Assembly (NCBI GenBank): GCA_015521615.1
Contig: WANW01000051.1
Coordinates: forward strand, 7,918 to 71,917
DNA from: Candidatus Hydrothermarchaeota archaeon
GTDB lineage: Archaea; Hydrothermarchaeota; Hydrothermarchaeia; Hydrothermarchaeales; BMS3B
Reading direction: 5' to 3'
DNA length: 64,000 nucleotides
How positions within the stretch are numbered: the first letter of the stretch is position 1; every line of letters starts with the position of its first letter. Below, piece by piece: positions 37,446 to 46,339 of the stretch. The notes below the pieces were generated by a model. That model was not told where the DNA came from. It worked only from the letters and a program-made list of their open reading frames with translations, and searched no databases. The position numbers and the translations under genes are program-made.

Positions 37446-37589
37446 ATGGGATTAGTAACTCCTCTCTCAATTAAATAATTTTCTATGAAGTAAAATAAAT
37501 AAAAAATTTGGCTCATAAACCGAAATAAAGTATCATAAAGCTTTAAATTTTCTGAGTCAAAAGTAAGCTTATATCAATCAAGCGCCGAG

Positions 37590-38786
37590 GTGTTGGCGGA
37601 GGTGATGAAAATGAAGGCGGCAAAAGTGCTCTCAATTGCCCTGGCGGCGATGCTTGTGCTCAGCCTGCTCCCGGCGGGCTATGCGCAGCCGCCTATGAAA
37701 AAGGTAGAAGAGAGGTATAAGGTTGCAAAGGCAAACTACCTCAAGGCACTCGAGGTCTACAAGAGCGCCAGACAGGACTACCTGAAAATGAGGGAGATGG
37801 CAAAGCGAGAGCCGGTGCCCTTTGAGAAGGCAAAGAACTTCCTGCTGCGCAGCATTGACGCGATGATAGCGCACCTCGAGATGGTCAAGGCGAGGGTGGA
37901 TATTACCCGCAGCCTTAGCGAAGAGGAGAAGGCAGAAATCACAGAAACTCTGGATAGCTACATATCCTGGCTGGAAGAGAAAAGACAGGAAGCAGAGCAG
38001 GCAGAGAACAGGGAGGAACTCATCGATATAGCAAAAGAGGTCAGGAAGGAGTGGGCAGAAGCCAGAGTAGAGATCAAGAAAATAACTGGGAAAATCATCA
38101 TATCAAAGATAGATTATGTGCTTGAGAAGGGAGAAGAGATAGGGGACAGACTCGAGGCGAGGATTGAGGCTCTTAAGGAGGAGGGCTACAGCACCCAGGA
38201 GCTCGAAGCCCTTCTGGCTGACTACAGAGAACACCTCAGCTTAGCCAAGGAAAAGAGGGACATGGCCAAGGAGAAGTTTGAGGAGATCTCCTCGGTGGAA
38301 GACGCCCGTATACTCTTCAGAGAAGGCAATGCCTTCGTTAGAGAGGCAAACAAGCACATACGCGAGATGTTCAAGGACCTTAGGCAGATTATAAGAGAGG
38401 TAAAGAGAGGAGAAGCAGAGATCAGAGGGATAGGCTTTCTCTATGCGAAGGGCAACGGCAGCGCAGTGATACAGGGCAATGGTAGCATTTTTGTGAAAGG
38501 AGAGGGCAACCTCACCGTAAAGGTGGTCAATGGAACAGTCCGTGTGGCTGGTGAGGGAGAGAAGCAGGAGAACAGCGATGGCAGCATAACATACATCGGC
38601 TTTGGACGGGCGAGAATTTCAGGCAAAGACCTGTATGTGAGCGTCGAGGGTACAAACCTTGAAATCAGGGCTAGGGGTGCTGGAAAAGCGACACTTACCG
38701 GAGAAGGCTTCTACCGCACGGTAAAGGGCGAGGAGGAGTGGAACGCAGAAGAAGTGGCCTACGGAGGTGCTCAGAATGAGAGCTAG
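37590..38786 (+). CDS. Secreted coiled-coil protein with a C-terminal beta-rich Gly-repeat domain
   Basis: A signal peptide (…LLPAGYAQ) is followed by about 250 aa of Glu/Lys/Arg-rich helical sequence. The C-terminus has Gly repeats (GNGSAVIQGNGSIFVKGEGNLTVKV...). Confidence 0.5.
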   Translation: MLAEVMKMKAAKVLSIALAAMLVLSLLPAGYAQPPMKKVEERYKVAKANYLKALEVYKSARQDYLKMREMAKREPVPFEKAKNFLLRSIDAMIAHLEMVKARVDITRSLSEEEKAEITETLDSYISWLEEKRQEAEQAENREELIDIAKEVRKEWAEARVEIKKITGKIIISKIDYVLEKGEEIGDRLEARIEALKEEGYSTQELEALLADYREHLSLAKEKRDMAKEKFEEISSVEDARILFREGNAFVREANKHIREMFKDLRQIIREVKRGEAEIRGIGFLYAKGNGSAVIQGNGSIFVKGEGNLTVKVVNGTVRVAGEGEKQENSDGSITYIGFGRARISGKDLYVSVEGTNLEIRARGAGKATLTGEGFYRTVKGEEEWNAEEVAYGGAQNES

Positions 38787-39024
38787 GCTGGCTCTGCTGG
38801 GCATCCTCCTGCTGGGACTCCTCCTTCCTGGATGTACATCTAAACCAGAGCAGAAGGCGAGCACTGCCGTGGCACCTGCACCGGAGAAGGTAGAAACAGC
38901 AGCACCTGAGCCGGTGATTGGCGACGATGATGCAGAAATCGATGCCCTCATACAGGAGGTACAGGAGCTGGAGGATTTTCTAAGCGACGTGGAGAGCGGT
39001 GAGATGCTGGACACCGGCATCTAA
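38767..39024 (+). CDS. Small acidic lipoprotein
   Basis: The lipobox is LLLPGC. It overlaps the preceding gene by 20 nt. Confidence 0.45.
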   Translation: MLRMRARLALLGILLLGLLLPGCTSKPEQKASTAVAPAPEKVETAAPEPVIGDDDAEIDALIQEVQELEDFLSDVESGEMLDTGI

Positions 39025-39039
39025 TTTCTCTTTTTTATT

Positions 39040-39801
39040 TTACAAAAAGGTTACAGAACACTTTACCTTCGCAGACATACCTAATTTTGCTGCTATTTCT
39101 TCAGCAATCATTACACAGGTATCATTAAGTTCATTTCTCAACAATTCTTCAAAGTTTTTATCCTTTGTACCTATTACACCCTTGGAGTACTTTACAACCG
39201 CAATTACAATAAACTCAAGCACCTGACCATCTATATTTGGAACAACCCTGATGCTCAATCTTTTTACCCTCTGGTTCCGATTAAGCCTGCTTCTAAGCTT
39301 ATCCCTGAACTCCCTGGCTATGTCAGTTGTATTTCTTTCATGAACGAGATATTCTGTAACAATAAAGTTCAGAAGACCGTCGAGTGGTTCTTCTTTATAG
39401 GATGTATCTTCAACTTCTGGAAGAGGTGGCTGGACAGTTTTCTGGTGGTGCTGGAGAGTTATATTTCCAACGATCTTGCGAAGATACATATTAAGAAGGG
39501 GTATGTTGGGCTTCTTGTTGAACTCCATATAGACTATACTGTCTCCAAAGAGCTTAACATAGCTCGCTCCATTTGCCCCCTCAATCAGGATCTCTTCAAG
39601 ATTTCCCAAGTCAAAAAGTATTGATAGCTTGAAGGCAAGTCCCTCCCCGTCCTGAATGCCACACGCAGCAATTTCACCATCTCTGGATAGAAGAGCACAG
39701 CCCTTTATATATTTAAAGCTTTTCTTTAGCTTTTCAAGGTGACCTGCAACATCTGCCTTCTCATCAGCTTTACCTTCAGCTACTTCCAGATGCATCTGCA
39801 C
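39040..39801 (-). CDS. Roadblock/LC7-domain protein with a roughly 140-aa C-terminal extension of unknown function
   Basis: The N-terminal Robl pattern is KGCALLSRDGEIAACG...GASYVKLFGDSIVY. Local GC is about 40%. Confidence 0.55.
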   Translation of the reverse strand: MQMHLEVAEGKADEKADVAGHLEKLKKSFKYIKGCALLSRDGEIAACGIQDGEGLAFKLSILFDLGNLEEILIEGANGASYVKLFGDSIVYMEFNKKPNIPLLNMYLRKIVGNITLQHHQKTVQPPLPEVEDTSYKEEPLDGLLNFIVTEYLVHERNTTDIAREFRDKLRSRLNRNQRVKRLSIRVVPNIDGQVLEFIVIAVVKYSKGVIGTKDKNFEELLRNELNDTCVMIAEEIAAKLGMSAKVKCSVTFL

Positions 39802-39820
39802 ACCCGCCAGTATCTAAAAA

Positions 39821-40147
39821 TCATATTGAAACTCCTGAGATTATATCGGCAACATCGGAAAGCATCACAGCCTCCGGAGTATTTTTGTCGAAGAATACCA
39901 CCAGCTCTGCCTCCTCATGCCTCACCACCACTGCTTTGCAGTCAGAGAACCTCAGTTTTGCTGTCGTGTACTCTTCACATAGCTCGCTGATCAGAGCTAC
40001 AGGTATGACTGCCATCTCCTTCAGGTCCTGCTTTTCCTCTGCACCAATAATCTCCCCATCTTTAATAACATAGCAGGATATCACATTTTCCAGTTCGGCT
40101 ATGTCACTCGCCAGCTTATGTGCTATAATATCCTCCAACTTCATCAC
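39821..40147 (-). CDS. Roadblock/LC7 (MglB-like) domain protein
   Basis: 108 aa. The VISCYVIKDGEIIGAEE...AELVVFFDKN pattern is present. Confidence 0.55.
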   Translation of the reverse strand: MMKLEDIIAHKLASDIAELENVISCYVIKDGEIIGAEEKQDLKEMAVIPVALISELCEEYTTAKLRFSDCKAVVVRHEEAELVVFFDKNTPEAVMLSDVADIISGVSI

Positions 40148-40682
40148 CGAAGGCGTGCTGTATTATCATATCTATCTCCTCTTCCGTCGGCTCCTTAAGC
40201 TTAAGCCTCTTAAGCACCTCCTCCCTGGTCACTGAAGCCTCTTCTCTGAGAACACGGTAGATGTCCAGAATTGCCCTGCTCTCCTTCAGTAGCTGGTTGT
40301 AGTTACCATTGCAGTAAACAAGATTGCCATTCCTGTAAACAATATAGACTCTCTTCAACCTCTTGGAAAAGGCCCCGACCACCACATGCGAATGGCTCTG
40401 AGCTATTTTTTCAAGGTCTTCCTTCACACTGTTGCTAATCCTAGTTTCAATTTTGTTCACAGAGTATTCAATGTTGTCAAGCTTAATCCTCTTCTGAGCG
40501 CTGTAAAGAGCAATCACCATCTCCTTCTTATGTTCGGGCGGATCACCTCTCGTTGCAACAATTTTCCTCCCCTGGACTATAATCATCGACTTTCCATCGG
40601 TGGCCTTTACCAGATATTTCTCAGAAAGATTTAACAGATCTTCTATATCCACCCCCGCTTTATACACTTTTACCGGCTTCAT
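40116..40682 (-). CDS. Hypothetical protein, possibly a divergent Roadblock-like N-terminal domain. First gene of the low-GC operon.
   Basis: 188 aa with no P-loop. ATDGKSMIIVQGRKIVATRGD resembles the Robl beta-hairpin. Confidence 0.35.
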   Translation of the reverse strand: MKPVKVYKAGVDIEDLLNLSEKYLVKATDGKSMIIVQGRKIVATRGDPPEHKKEMVIALYSAQKRIKLDNIEYSVNKIETRISNSVKEDLEKIAQSHSHVVVGAFSKRLKRVYIVYRNGNLVYCNGNYNQLLKESRAILDIYRVLREEASVTREEVLKRLKLKEPTEEEIDMIIQHAFGDEVGGYYST

Positions 40683-40764
40683 AGCCCGCCCCGCTGAATT
40701 TCAATTTGGTTTTTCTAATTATGTCAATTTTTATTATATAAATTTAACGCTCTTGTTTATTTAC

Positions 40765-40784
40765 AATGGACAAAATTGTCCATT
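40765..40784. promoter_or_regulatory. Inverted repeat AATGGACA-aaat-TGTCCATT in the promoter of the Roadblock operon
   Basis: Perfect 8-bp arms, read directly. It lies 83 nt upstream of the first ORF start at 40682, in AT-rich DNA. Confidence 0.4.
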
Positions 40785-40834
40785 ATTATAAAAGTAAAAA
40801 ATTATAAAGTAGAATTTAATAAAATTAAGATTGT

Positions 40835-41311
40835 TCATTTCATTATAACAGTCGCCCAGTTACGGGCAACTGCAAGGATATTGCTGGGAGAATTGTCCAC
40901 AATCTCTCTCACTGTGCTCCCGGTTATTTCAGGATGTCTGGAGTTTATCCCCAGAACAAGAAGGTCCACATCCTCCTCCTTTGCGGTCTTTACTATTTCC
41001 TCAGCTGGCAGGCCAACTCTTATAATCTCCTTTGCATTAACACCACTGTTTTTAAGGCAGAGTTTTGCCGCCTCAATTGCCCTCTTCCCTCTGTCATCCA
41101 GCAGATTTTTTATGTCCTTCCCCTCCTCAAGAAGGGACTCTATAGTACCCTTGAACTGAGCCTCCCCGAGGAGGTCATGGTGAAAGATATCACCAATATT
41201 TGCCACATAAATATACTGAAGCTCTGCATCAAATTTCCTGGCCAGTTTTACCCCAGTAAGTAACGCTTTGATTGATACATTACTCCCATCAAAAGCAACA
41301 AGCACCCTCAT
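40835..41311 (-). CDS. Universal stress protein (UspA family)
   Basis: The sequence pattern VLVAFDGS...DLLVLG...GSTVREIV is present. Confidence 0.8.
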   Translation of the reverse strand: MRVLVAFDGSNVSIKALLTGVKLARKFDAELQYIYVANIGDIFHHDLLGEAQFKGTIESLLEEGKDIKNLLDDRGKRAIEAAKLCLKNSGVNAKEIIRVGLPAEEIVKTAKEEDVDLLVLGINSRHPEITGSTVREIVDNSPSNILAVARNWATVIMK

Positions 41312-41434
41312 AACATTGTTAACTTATAACATTCTATATTTATATCTTTCGAATTACCCCCATAAAACACTTACATTATTAACAAAAACTTTTATATATT
41401 TACTACAAAAAATGGTAGTGGCGGAGGAGACTTT

Positions 41435-42211
41435 ATGGGGGTCTCTATTACGATAGCCTCTGGAAAGGGCGGCGTTGGGAAAACAATGCTTACCAGCAAC
41501 CTTGGCATTGCTCTGGCTCAGTTCGGTAAGAATGTAACAATTCTCGATGCTGATTTACAGATGGCGAATCTGGAACTTCATCTCGGGATGGAGGGGATGG
41601 AAATCACCCTTCAGGATGTACTCGCCGGAAAGGCAGAGATATCTCATGCAATATACCGTGGACCCGGCGGAATAAATGTGGTTCCAGCAGGAATAAGTCT
41701 GGATGGTCTCAGGGAAGTGGATATGAATATACTGGAGAAGGTGCTCGGGAAGCTTCTTGAGGAGACAGAGATACTGCTTATAGATGCCCCAGCAGGTCTC
41801 GGTAAGGCTGCGGTTACTGCTCTCGCATCAGGGGAGCACCTTCTGCTGGTCGCAAATCCCGAAATCTCATCCCTCTGTGACAGCCTCAAGACCGCAATGG
41901 TTGCCCGGAAACTTGGAACTAAGGTACTTGGTGTTGTTCTGAACCGGATGAGTTTTGAGAAAGGTGCAATGAATGTCAGAGATGTGGAGTTTATCCTCGA
42001 AACAAAGGTGGTTGCCACAGTTCCGGAGGATCCGGAGGTGAGGAGAAGCACAACCTATGGTGAGCCGGTGATGATAAGAAGCCCTCACTCACCGGCAGCA
42101 CAGGCAATAAAAAAGCTGGCTGCAGACCTACTGGGGAGAAGATATGTTGAATCCACTAAAAGAGAGGGTTTCTTCAGACGGTTATTGGATGGGATATTCG
42201 GAAGGGTTTAA
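41435..42211 (+). CDS. MinD/ParA-family deviant Walker-A ATPase
   Basis: The deviant Walker A is [13 protein letters not shown] motif is present. Confidence 0.85.
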   Translation: MGVSITIASGKGGVGKTMLTSNLGIALAQFGKNVTILDADLQMANLELHLGMEGMEITLQDVLAGKAEISHAIYRGPGGINVVPAGISLDGLREVDMNILEKVLGKLLEETEILLIDAPAGLGKAAVTALASGEHLLLVANPEISSLCDSLKTAMVARKLGTKVLGVVLNRMSFEKGAMNVRDVEFILETKVVATVPEDPEVRRSTTYGEPVMIRSPHSPAAQAIKKLAADLLGRRYVESTKREGFFRRLLDGIFGRV

Positions 42212-42236
42212 TAGTTTCTAGAAGCATACTCCTATC

Positions 42237-42782
42237 ATGTTCGCCACAATTGTAATAGTACTTATAAATATCATAATCTACATATTCTTCGCCGCAAAAG
42301 CTCCGTCTCCCCTAACAATAAGCGAATTCTCCCCCGCCATGGCACTTACACTTGAAACCCTGAAAGAGGGGGAACTCAGCAGACTTATAACCAATTTCTT
42401 CTTTCACTTCGATTTACCCCACCTCGGGTACAACATGCTATTTTTGCTGATATTCGGAAGCAGGTGTGAGGAGATTTTTGGCACCCGGAGGTTTCTGCTA
42501 ATCTATTTTGTCTCTGGCATCTTCTCCTCACTTTCCATATTCTTTTACCCTCCGGGCAGCTCGCTTGCTGGTGCAAGCGGGGCAATCTTTGGTTTGCTTG
42601 GAAGTGTACTTGTTGCCCAGCGTACCCTCTATGCCCACGGCTTTGCAACCTCGCTGCTCTATGGCATGGTGTTCTTCATCATAGCCGTCACCACAGGCTT
42701 CATGGCCCATCTTCTGGGCCTGATAATGGGTTTTGTGCTGGGCTATGTTTTCACCTATGGTGAGGAGAGCCATGACGAATAA
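42237..42782 (+). CDS. Rhomboid-family intramembrane serine protease
   Basis: GASGAIFGLLG and AHLLGLIMG motifs are present. Confidence 0.75.
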   Translation: MFATIVIVLINIIIYIFFAAKAPSPLTISEFSPAMALTLETLKEGELSRLITNFFFHFDLPHLGYNMLFLLIFGSRCEEIFGTRRFLLIYFVSGIFSSLSIFFYPPGSSLAGASGAIFGLLGSVLVAQRTLYAHGFATSLLYGMVFFIIAVTTGFMAHLLGLIMGFVLGYVFTYGEESHDE

Positions 42783-44760
42783 GCCCCTCCAGCCTTGCTC
42801 TCTCCTCACGGGAGCCGAAGACTATAAGCACATCCCCAGCGTGAAGCCTCTCCCCCGGTGTGGGATTATGGATTATCTCCTCCCCACGCGCTATTGCTAG
42901 AATCGTCGCACCCGTGCGCTCCCTTACCCTGAGCTCAGAGATGCTCTTTCCTGCTGCAAAATCTCCCTCGGCAACATATATCTCATCAATAACCTCCCCC
43001 TCCCTCATTCCCTGGAGTATCCTGACCTTTGCACTGCTCTCCCCTCTGAGCACACCCTCACTGCTGAAAACACTTTCTACCATCTTCTCCACACCATAAT
43101 AGAAATTTCTAACAGTGCGCCATGAAAGGTAGAGCCCTGCAAGGAACAGAAAGAGCACCGCCAGCGAAATCGCCGCGCCGCTGGTTGTGAGGTAGCTGAG
43201 AAGGGGCGGGAGGAAGTATAGGGCAGAGAAGAGAAGCATCAGAAGCACTGCGAGGTTCCTGAAGGTTGCCCTCAGAAGATCGCTGCCGATGGGCAGATAC
43301 CTCCTTCCAAAGATTTTTATCAGGATATCCACCATGTCCAATGCCCGCTGTAACGCTAGGTAGAGGGGCGGAAGTATCAGAATAAAAGCGACCATAAATA
43401 TGAGTTCTCTGCTGAGACTAAGCTCAGCACCCGCATACTTTACAGCCTTTAATATCAAAAACACCAGGGTAAGGTTAATGAAAACCCGCAGAGCCTTTTT
43501 CTTTATTAAAATATACTCCTCACCTTTCCCTGAAAGCCTGTATCTTGCCTGTCCCAGCCAGGTCGCAGAATAACTGAAGAAGTTCTTCACCGTAGATGGG
43601 GCAAGTTTATCAAGCAGCACTGCTATATTTTTGGAGGATTCCAGGGAATATGGTGCTATAAAGGTGGTTACCGCAGCCACCGCCACAACAACAGGATAAA
43701 GAAAGCTGCTCGCAACTCCAAGGTCTATACCCTGCTTCACTATTGCAAAGGAAAACTCGCCTATTGGCACCAGACCCAAGCCAACCGCCAGCGATGTTTC
43801 GCCCTTAACGCCGAGCAGGTAACATGGCAGACTTCTGCTTGCCACTTTGGAGAGTATTACCACTGCAGTCACCACAGCAACAATCGGGAAGTACTGGAGG
43901 AGGTATCTGATATCAATTAGCATTCCCACACTCACAAAGAAGAGCATAACAAACATGTCCCTTATAGGTGAGACGCTCCTGACAATCCTCCCTGCGAGAA
44001 GACTCTCGGAGACTATCGCTCCCATCACGAAGGCGCCCAGCGCCAGAGAAAAGCCAAGCATCTGTGCAAATACAGCAAAGGAGAAGCACAATGCAAGGGC
44101 GGTAATGAGGAGCACCTCACCGGTGCCGCTCCATCTCTCAACCACCTCAAGCAGTGTTGGAACAATCTTCACCCCAAGCACATAGGCTATAAAGAAGAAA
44201 AGGAGAATTTTTGCCACAACCTCCAGCGCCGCCTGAATGGATAGGGGTGTGAGGAGGGATATACCTGAAAAGAGGGTTAGAAGCACAACAGCTGCGACGT
44301 CCTCAACCACCAGTATGCCCAGCATTATAGGCGCATACTCCCTGTGGAGGAGTGCTCTGTCGGTAAGGAGCTTAACAACAATAGCAGTGCTGCTTACTGC
44401 AAGAGCAGCACCCAGAAATGCCGCGTCTATGGCATTAAATCCCAGCGCAATGCCCAGCGTTTGCCCCACGCCTAAAAGAAAAAGCACTCCTGAGACAGAG
44501 GCGATTATGGATACAGCCCCAACCCTGCGGAGCTTTCTTATGTTGAACTCCAGACCCAGGGAGAACATGAGAAGCACCAGCCCCAGATCGGCAAAGGCAT
44601 TGACAATCTCCAGGTTCTTAACCAGCTTCAAAGCGTAGGGCCCGGAGGCGGCGCCTGCCAGGATATAGCCAAGCACAACTGGCTGGCGAAGTCGCGAGAA
44701 GACCGCACCTATTGCAAAGGAAAGAAGGAGAACCACAGCGAGGTCGCGAAGTATAAGCAT
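42751..44760 (-). CDS. CPA2 (Kef-type) cation/H+ antiporter with a C-terminal TrkA-C/RCK_C domain
   Basis: 669 aa. An N-terminal antiporter core is followed by a C-terminal RCK_C domain. Confidence 0.75.
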   Translation of the reverse strand: MLILRDLAVVLLLSFAIGAVFSRLRQPVVLGYILAGAASGPYALKLVKNLEIVNAFADLGLVLLMFSLGLEFNIRKLRRVGAVSIIASVSGVLFLLGVGQTLGIALGFNAIDAAFLGAALAVSSTAIVVKLLTDRALLHREYAPIMLGILVVEDVAAVVLLTLFSGISLLTPLSIQAALEVVAKILLFFFIAYVLGVKIVPTLLEVVERWSGTGEVLLITALALCFSFAVFAQMLGFSLALGAFVMGAIVSESLLAGRIVRSVSPIRDMFVMLFFVSVGMLIDIRYLLQYFPIVAVVTAVVILSKVASRSLPCYLLGVKGETSLAVGLGLVPIGEFSFAIVKQGIDLGVASSFLYPVVVAVAAVTTFIAPYSLESSKNIAVLLDKLAPSTVKNFFSYSATWLGQARYRLSGKGEEYILIKKKALRVFINLTLVFLILKAVKYAGAELSLSRELIFMVAFILILPPLYLALQRALDMVDILIKIFGRRYLPIGSDLLRATFRNLAVLLMLLFSALYFLPPLLSYLTTSGAAISLAVLFLFLAGLYLSWRTVRNFYYGVEKMVESVFSSEGVLRGESSAKVRILQGMREGEVIDEIYVAEGDFAAGKSISELRVRERTGATILAIARGEEIIHNPTPGERLHAGDVLIVFGSREERARLEGLIRHGSPHHR

Positions 44761-44762
44761 CT

Positions 44763-45230
44763 CTAACCCACAAGCTCCTTGAGCTTCTGAATTTCTTCAA
44801 GTTTGCCAGCTGCTATTAACACATCCCCTGCTTCAATTTCTGTGTCTGCGCTAGGGTTGGGAATAGTCTCCCCACCTCTCACTATGGCTATTACACTCGC
44901 CCCAGTGCGTCGCCTTATGTCCAGCTCACCTATGGTTCTTCCAGCACCTTTTCCAGCGCGAATCCACTCTATTTTCACTCTGCCAGCGAGGGCACTGCTC
45001 AGCGCTTCTACGGGTGTAGGCTTAAAGTACGCTCCTGCAAGTATTAATCCCACCTTTCTTGCCTGCTCGTCGCTTAGAGTAATTATTACAGGCTCCCTTC
45101 CCGACGTCTCGTAGTAAATCTCCCTGCGCCCATCCTCATGTACCACTATATCAAGGGTGCTCTCCTCATCCAGTTTCAATGTATACTTCTTCCCCACTCC
45201 GGGCAGTTCAGCCTCAAATATCTCCTCCAT
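44763..45230 (-). CDS. TrkA-C (RCK_C) domain regulatory protein (KhtT-like)
   Basis: 155 aa. It lies immediately upstream of, and co-oriented with, the antiporter gene. Confidence 0.65.
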   Translation of the reverse strand: MEEIFEAELPGVGKKYTLKLDEESTLDIVVHEDGRREIYYETSGREPVIITLSDEQARKVGLILAGAYFKPTPVEALSSALAGRVKIEWIRAGKGAGRTIGELDIRRRTGASVIAIVRGGETIPNPSADTEIEAGDVLIAAGKLEEIQKLKELVG

Positions 45231-45246
45231 AGTGCACCTCCTTTAT

Positions 45247-45750
45247 CTACTCCTCCACCTCATCCTCCTCCATACTCTTGCATATCAGAAAACCTCTCGC
45301 ACGCTCTGCATATTTATACTCATACACCTTCTTCCAGAAGGCCTTGGAGTGATTGGGATATAGCAGGTGCGCCATCTCATGGATGAGCACATAGTCAAGC
45401 ACCCACTCAGGCATGTGCTTCAACCTCTCGCTAAGCCTTATTGTTCGCCGCTTGGGATTGCAGCCACCGAAGCGGGATGTCATCCTCTTAGAGAACTCAA
45501 TCTTTTCCACCTCCAGCCTGCCATCAAAGTAGCGCCTGTTAAAAGCCTCAAACTTCCTGCGCAGATATCTGTCATCCCTTCCCATGCCGAGCTTCTTCTC
45601 AAACTTCCTCACAAAAAGCTTGACCCATTGCTCCTCCTCACCTTTTGTGGCGCTTGCTGGTATATAGACAAAAAGCTCTCTACCTCTGAGCTTTGCCTCA
45701 ACAGTCTTCTTCCTTCTCGGACTTCGTATAACTCTGACCGAAAAGTCCAT
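45247..45750 (-). CDS. DUF45/YgjP-family (SprT-like) Zn-metallopeptidase
   Basis: The HEMAHL motif is present. A start at MDFSVRVIRSPRRKK (45750) is likely. The track ORF extends to 46074 through antisense sequence. Confidence 0.65.
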   Translation of the reverse strand: MDFSVRVIRSPRRKKTVEAKLRGRELFVYIPASATKGEEEQWVKLFVRKFEKKLGMGRDDRYLRRKFEAFNRRYFDGRLEVEKIEFSKRMTSRFGGCNPKRRTIRLSERLKHMPEWVLDYVLIHEMAHLLYPNHSKAFWKKVYEYKYAERARGFLICKSMEEDEVEE

Positions 45751-45821
45751 AAAGATATGTGGCCCCTGGGGGAAATAAGGTTTTCGTGTCGTTTTGCGTT
45801 TGATAACACCTGTAGAATATA

Positions 45822-46334
45822 TTGATGCTCTCCTCGAGGTATATACCCTGGAGGAGAGTAAGAAGCTGGCACTGTGTTGCCTGCGGAGAGTGTTGCAGCA
45901 GGTTTTCTGTACCCCTTGGCGCAGGAGAGTACACCAGGCTGACCTCCCTATACGGAGAGCAGGTGGTGAGGCTAATTCTCGGTAAACCCTATCTGCGCAG
46001 GGTGGGAAGAAGGTGCATTTTTCAAATAGGAAGGCTGTGCTCACTGCAGAATACCGGGTTAAAGCCATACGCATGCAGAATCTTTCCTTTTCTTGTAAGA
46101 ACCTGCGAAAAGAAAAACAGAAAAGAAGCCGAATTCTGGTATAAAGACAGGGATTTCTACGTCTATGTTAATACAGGATGTAGGGAGGTAAAAATTGGCG
46201 AGCCTGACCCATGGCTCATAAATGTAATGATACCCGAGGCGATAGAACTGTATCTGAACAGGAAGAGGAAGGTTATGTGGCTCACCTCAAATATAACAAT
46301 GCAAGGGCCGCACTCCGCGTATGGAATTGTATGA
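45822..46334 (+). CDS. YkgJ-family (CxxCxxCC, UPF0153) Fe-S/Zn-binding protein
   Basis: CVACGECC and GLKPYACRIFPF motifs are present. Confidence 0.65.
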   Translation: MMLSSRYIPWRRVRSWHCVACGECCSRFSVPLGAGEYTRLTSLYGEQVVRLILGKPYLRRVGRRCIFQIGRLCSLQNTGLKPYACRIFPFLVRTCEKKNRKEAEFWYKDRDFYVYVNTGCREVKIGEPDPWLINVMIPEAIELYLNRKRKVMWLTSNITMQGPHSAYGIV

Positions 46335-46339
46335 GCCCT

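Noticed and set aside
45751-46074. N-terminal 108-aa extension of the DUF45 ORF (track start 46074)
   Set aside because: The extension is antisense to the YkgJ-like gene and is Cys/Arg/Ser-rich. The DUF45 family begins at the internal MDFSVRV, so the gene was shortened to 45247-45750.
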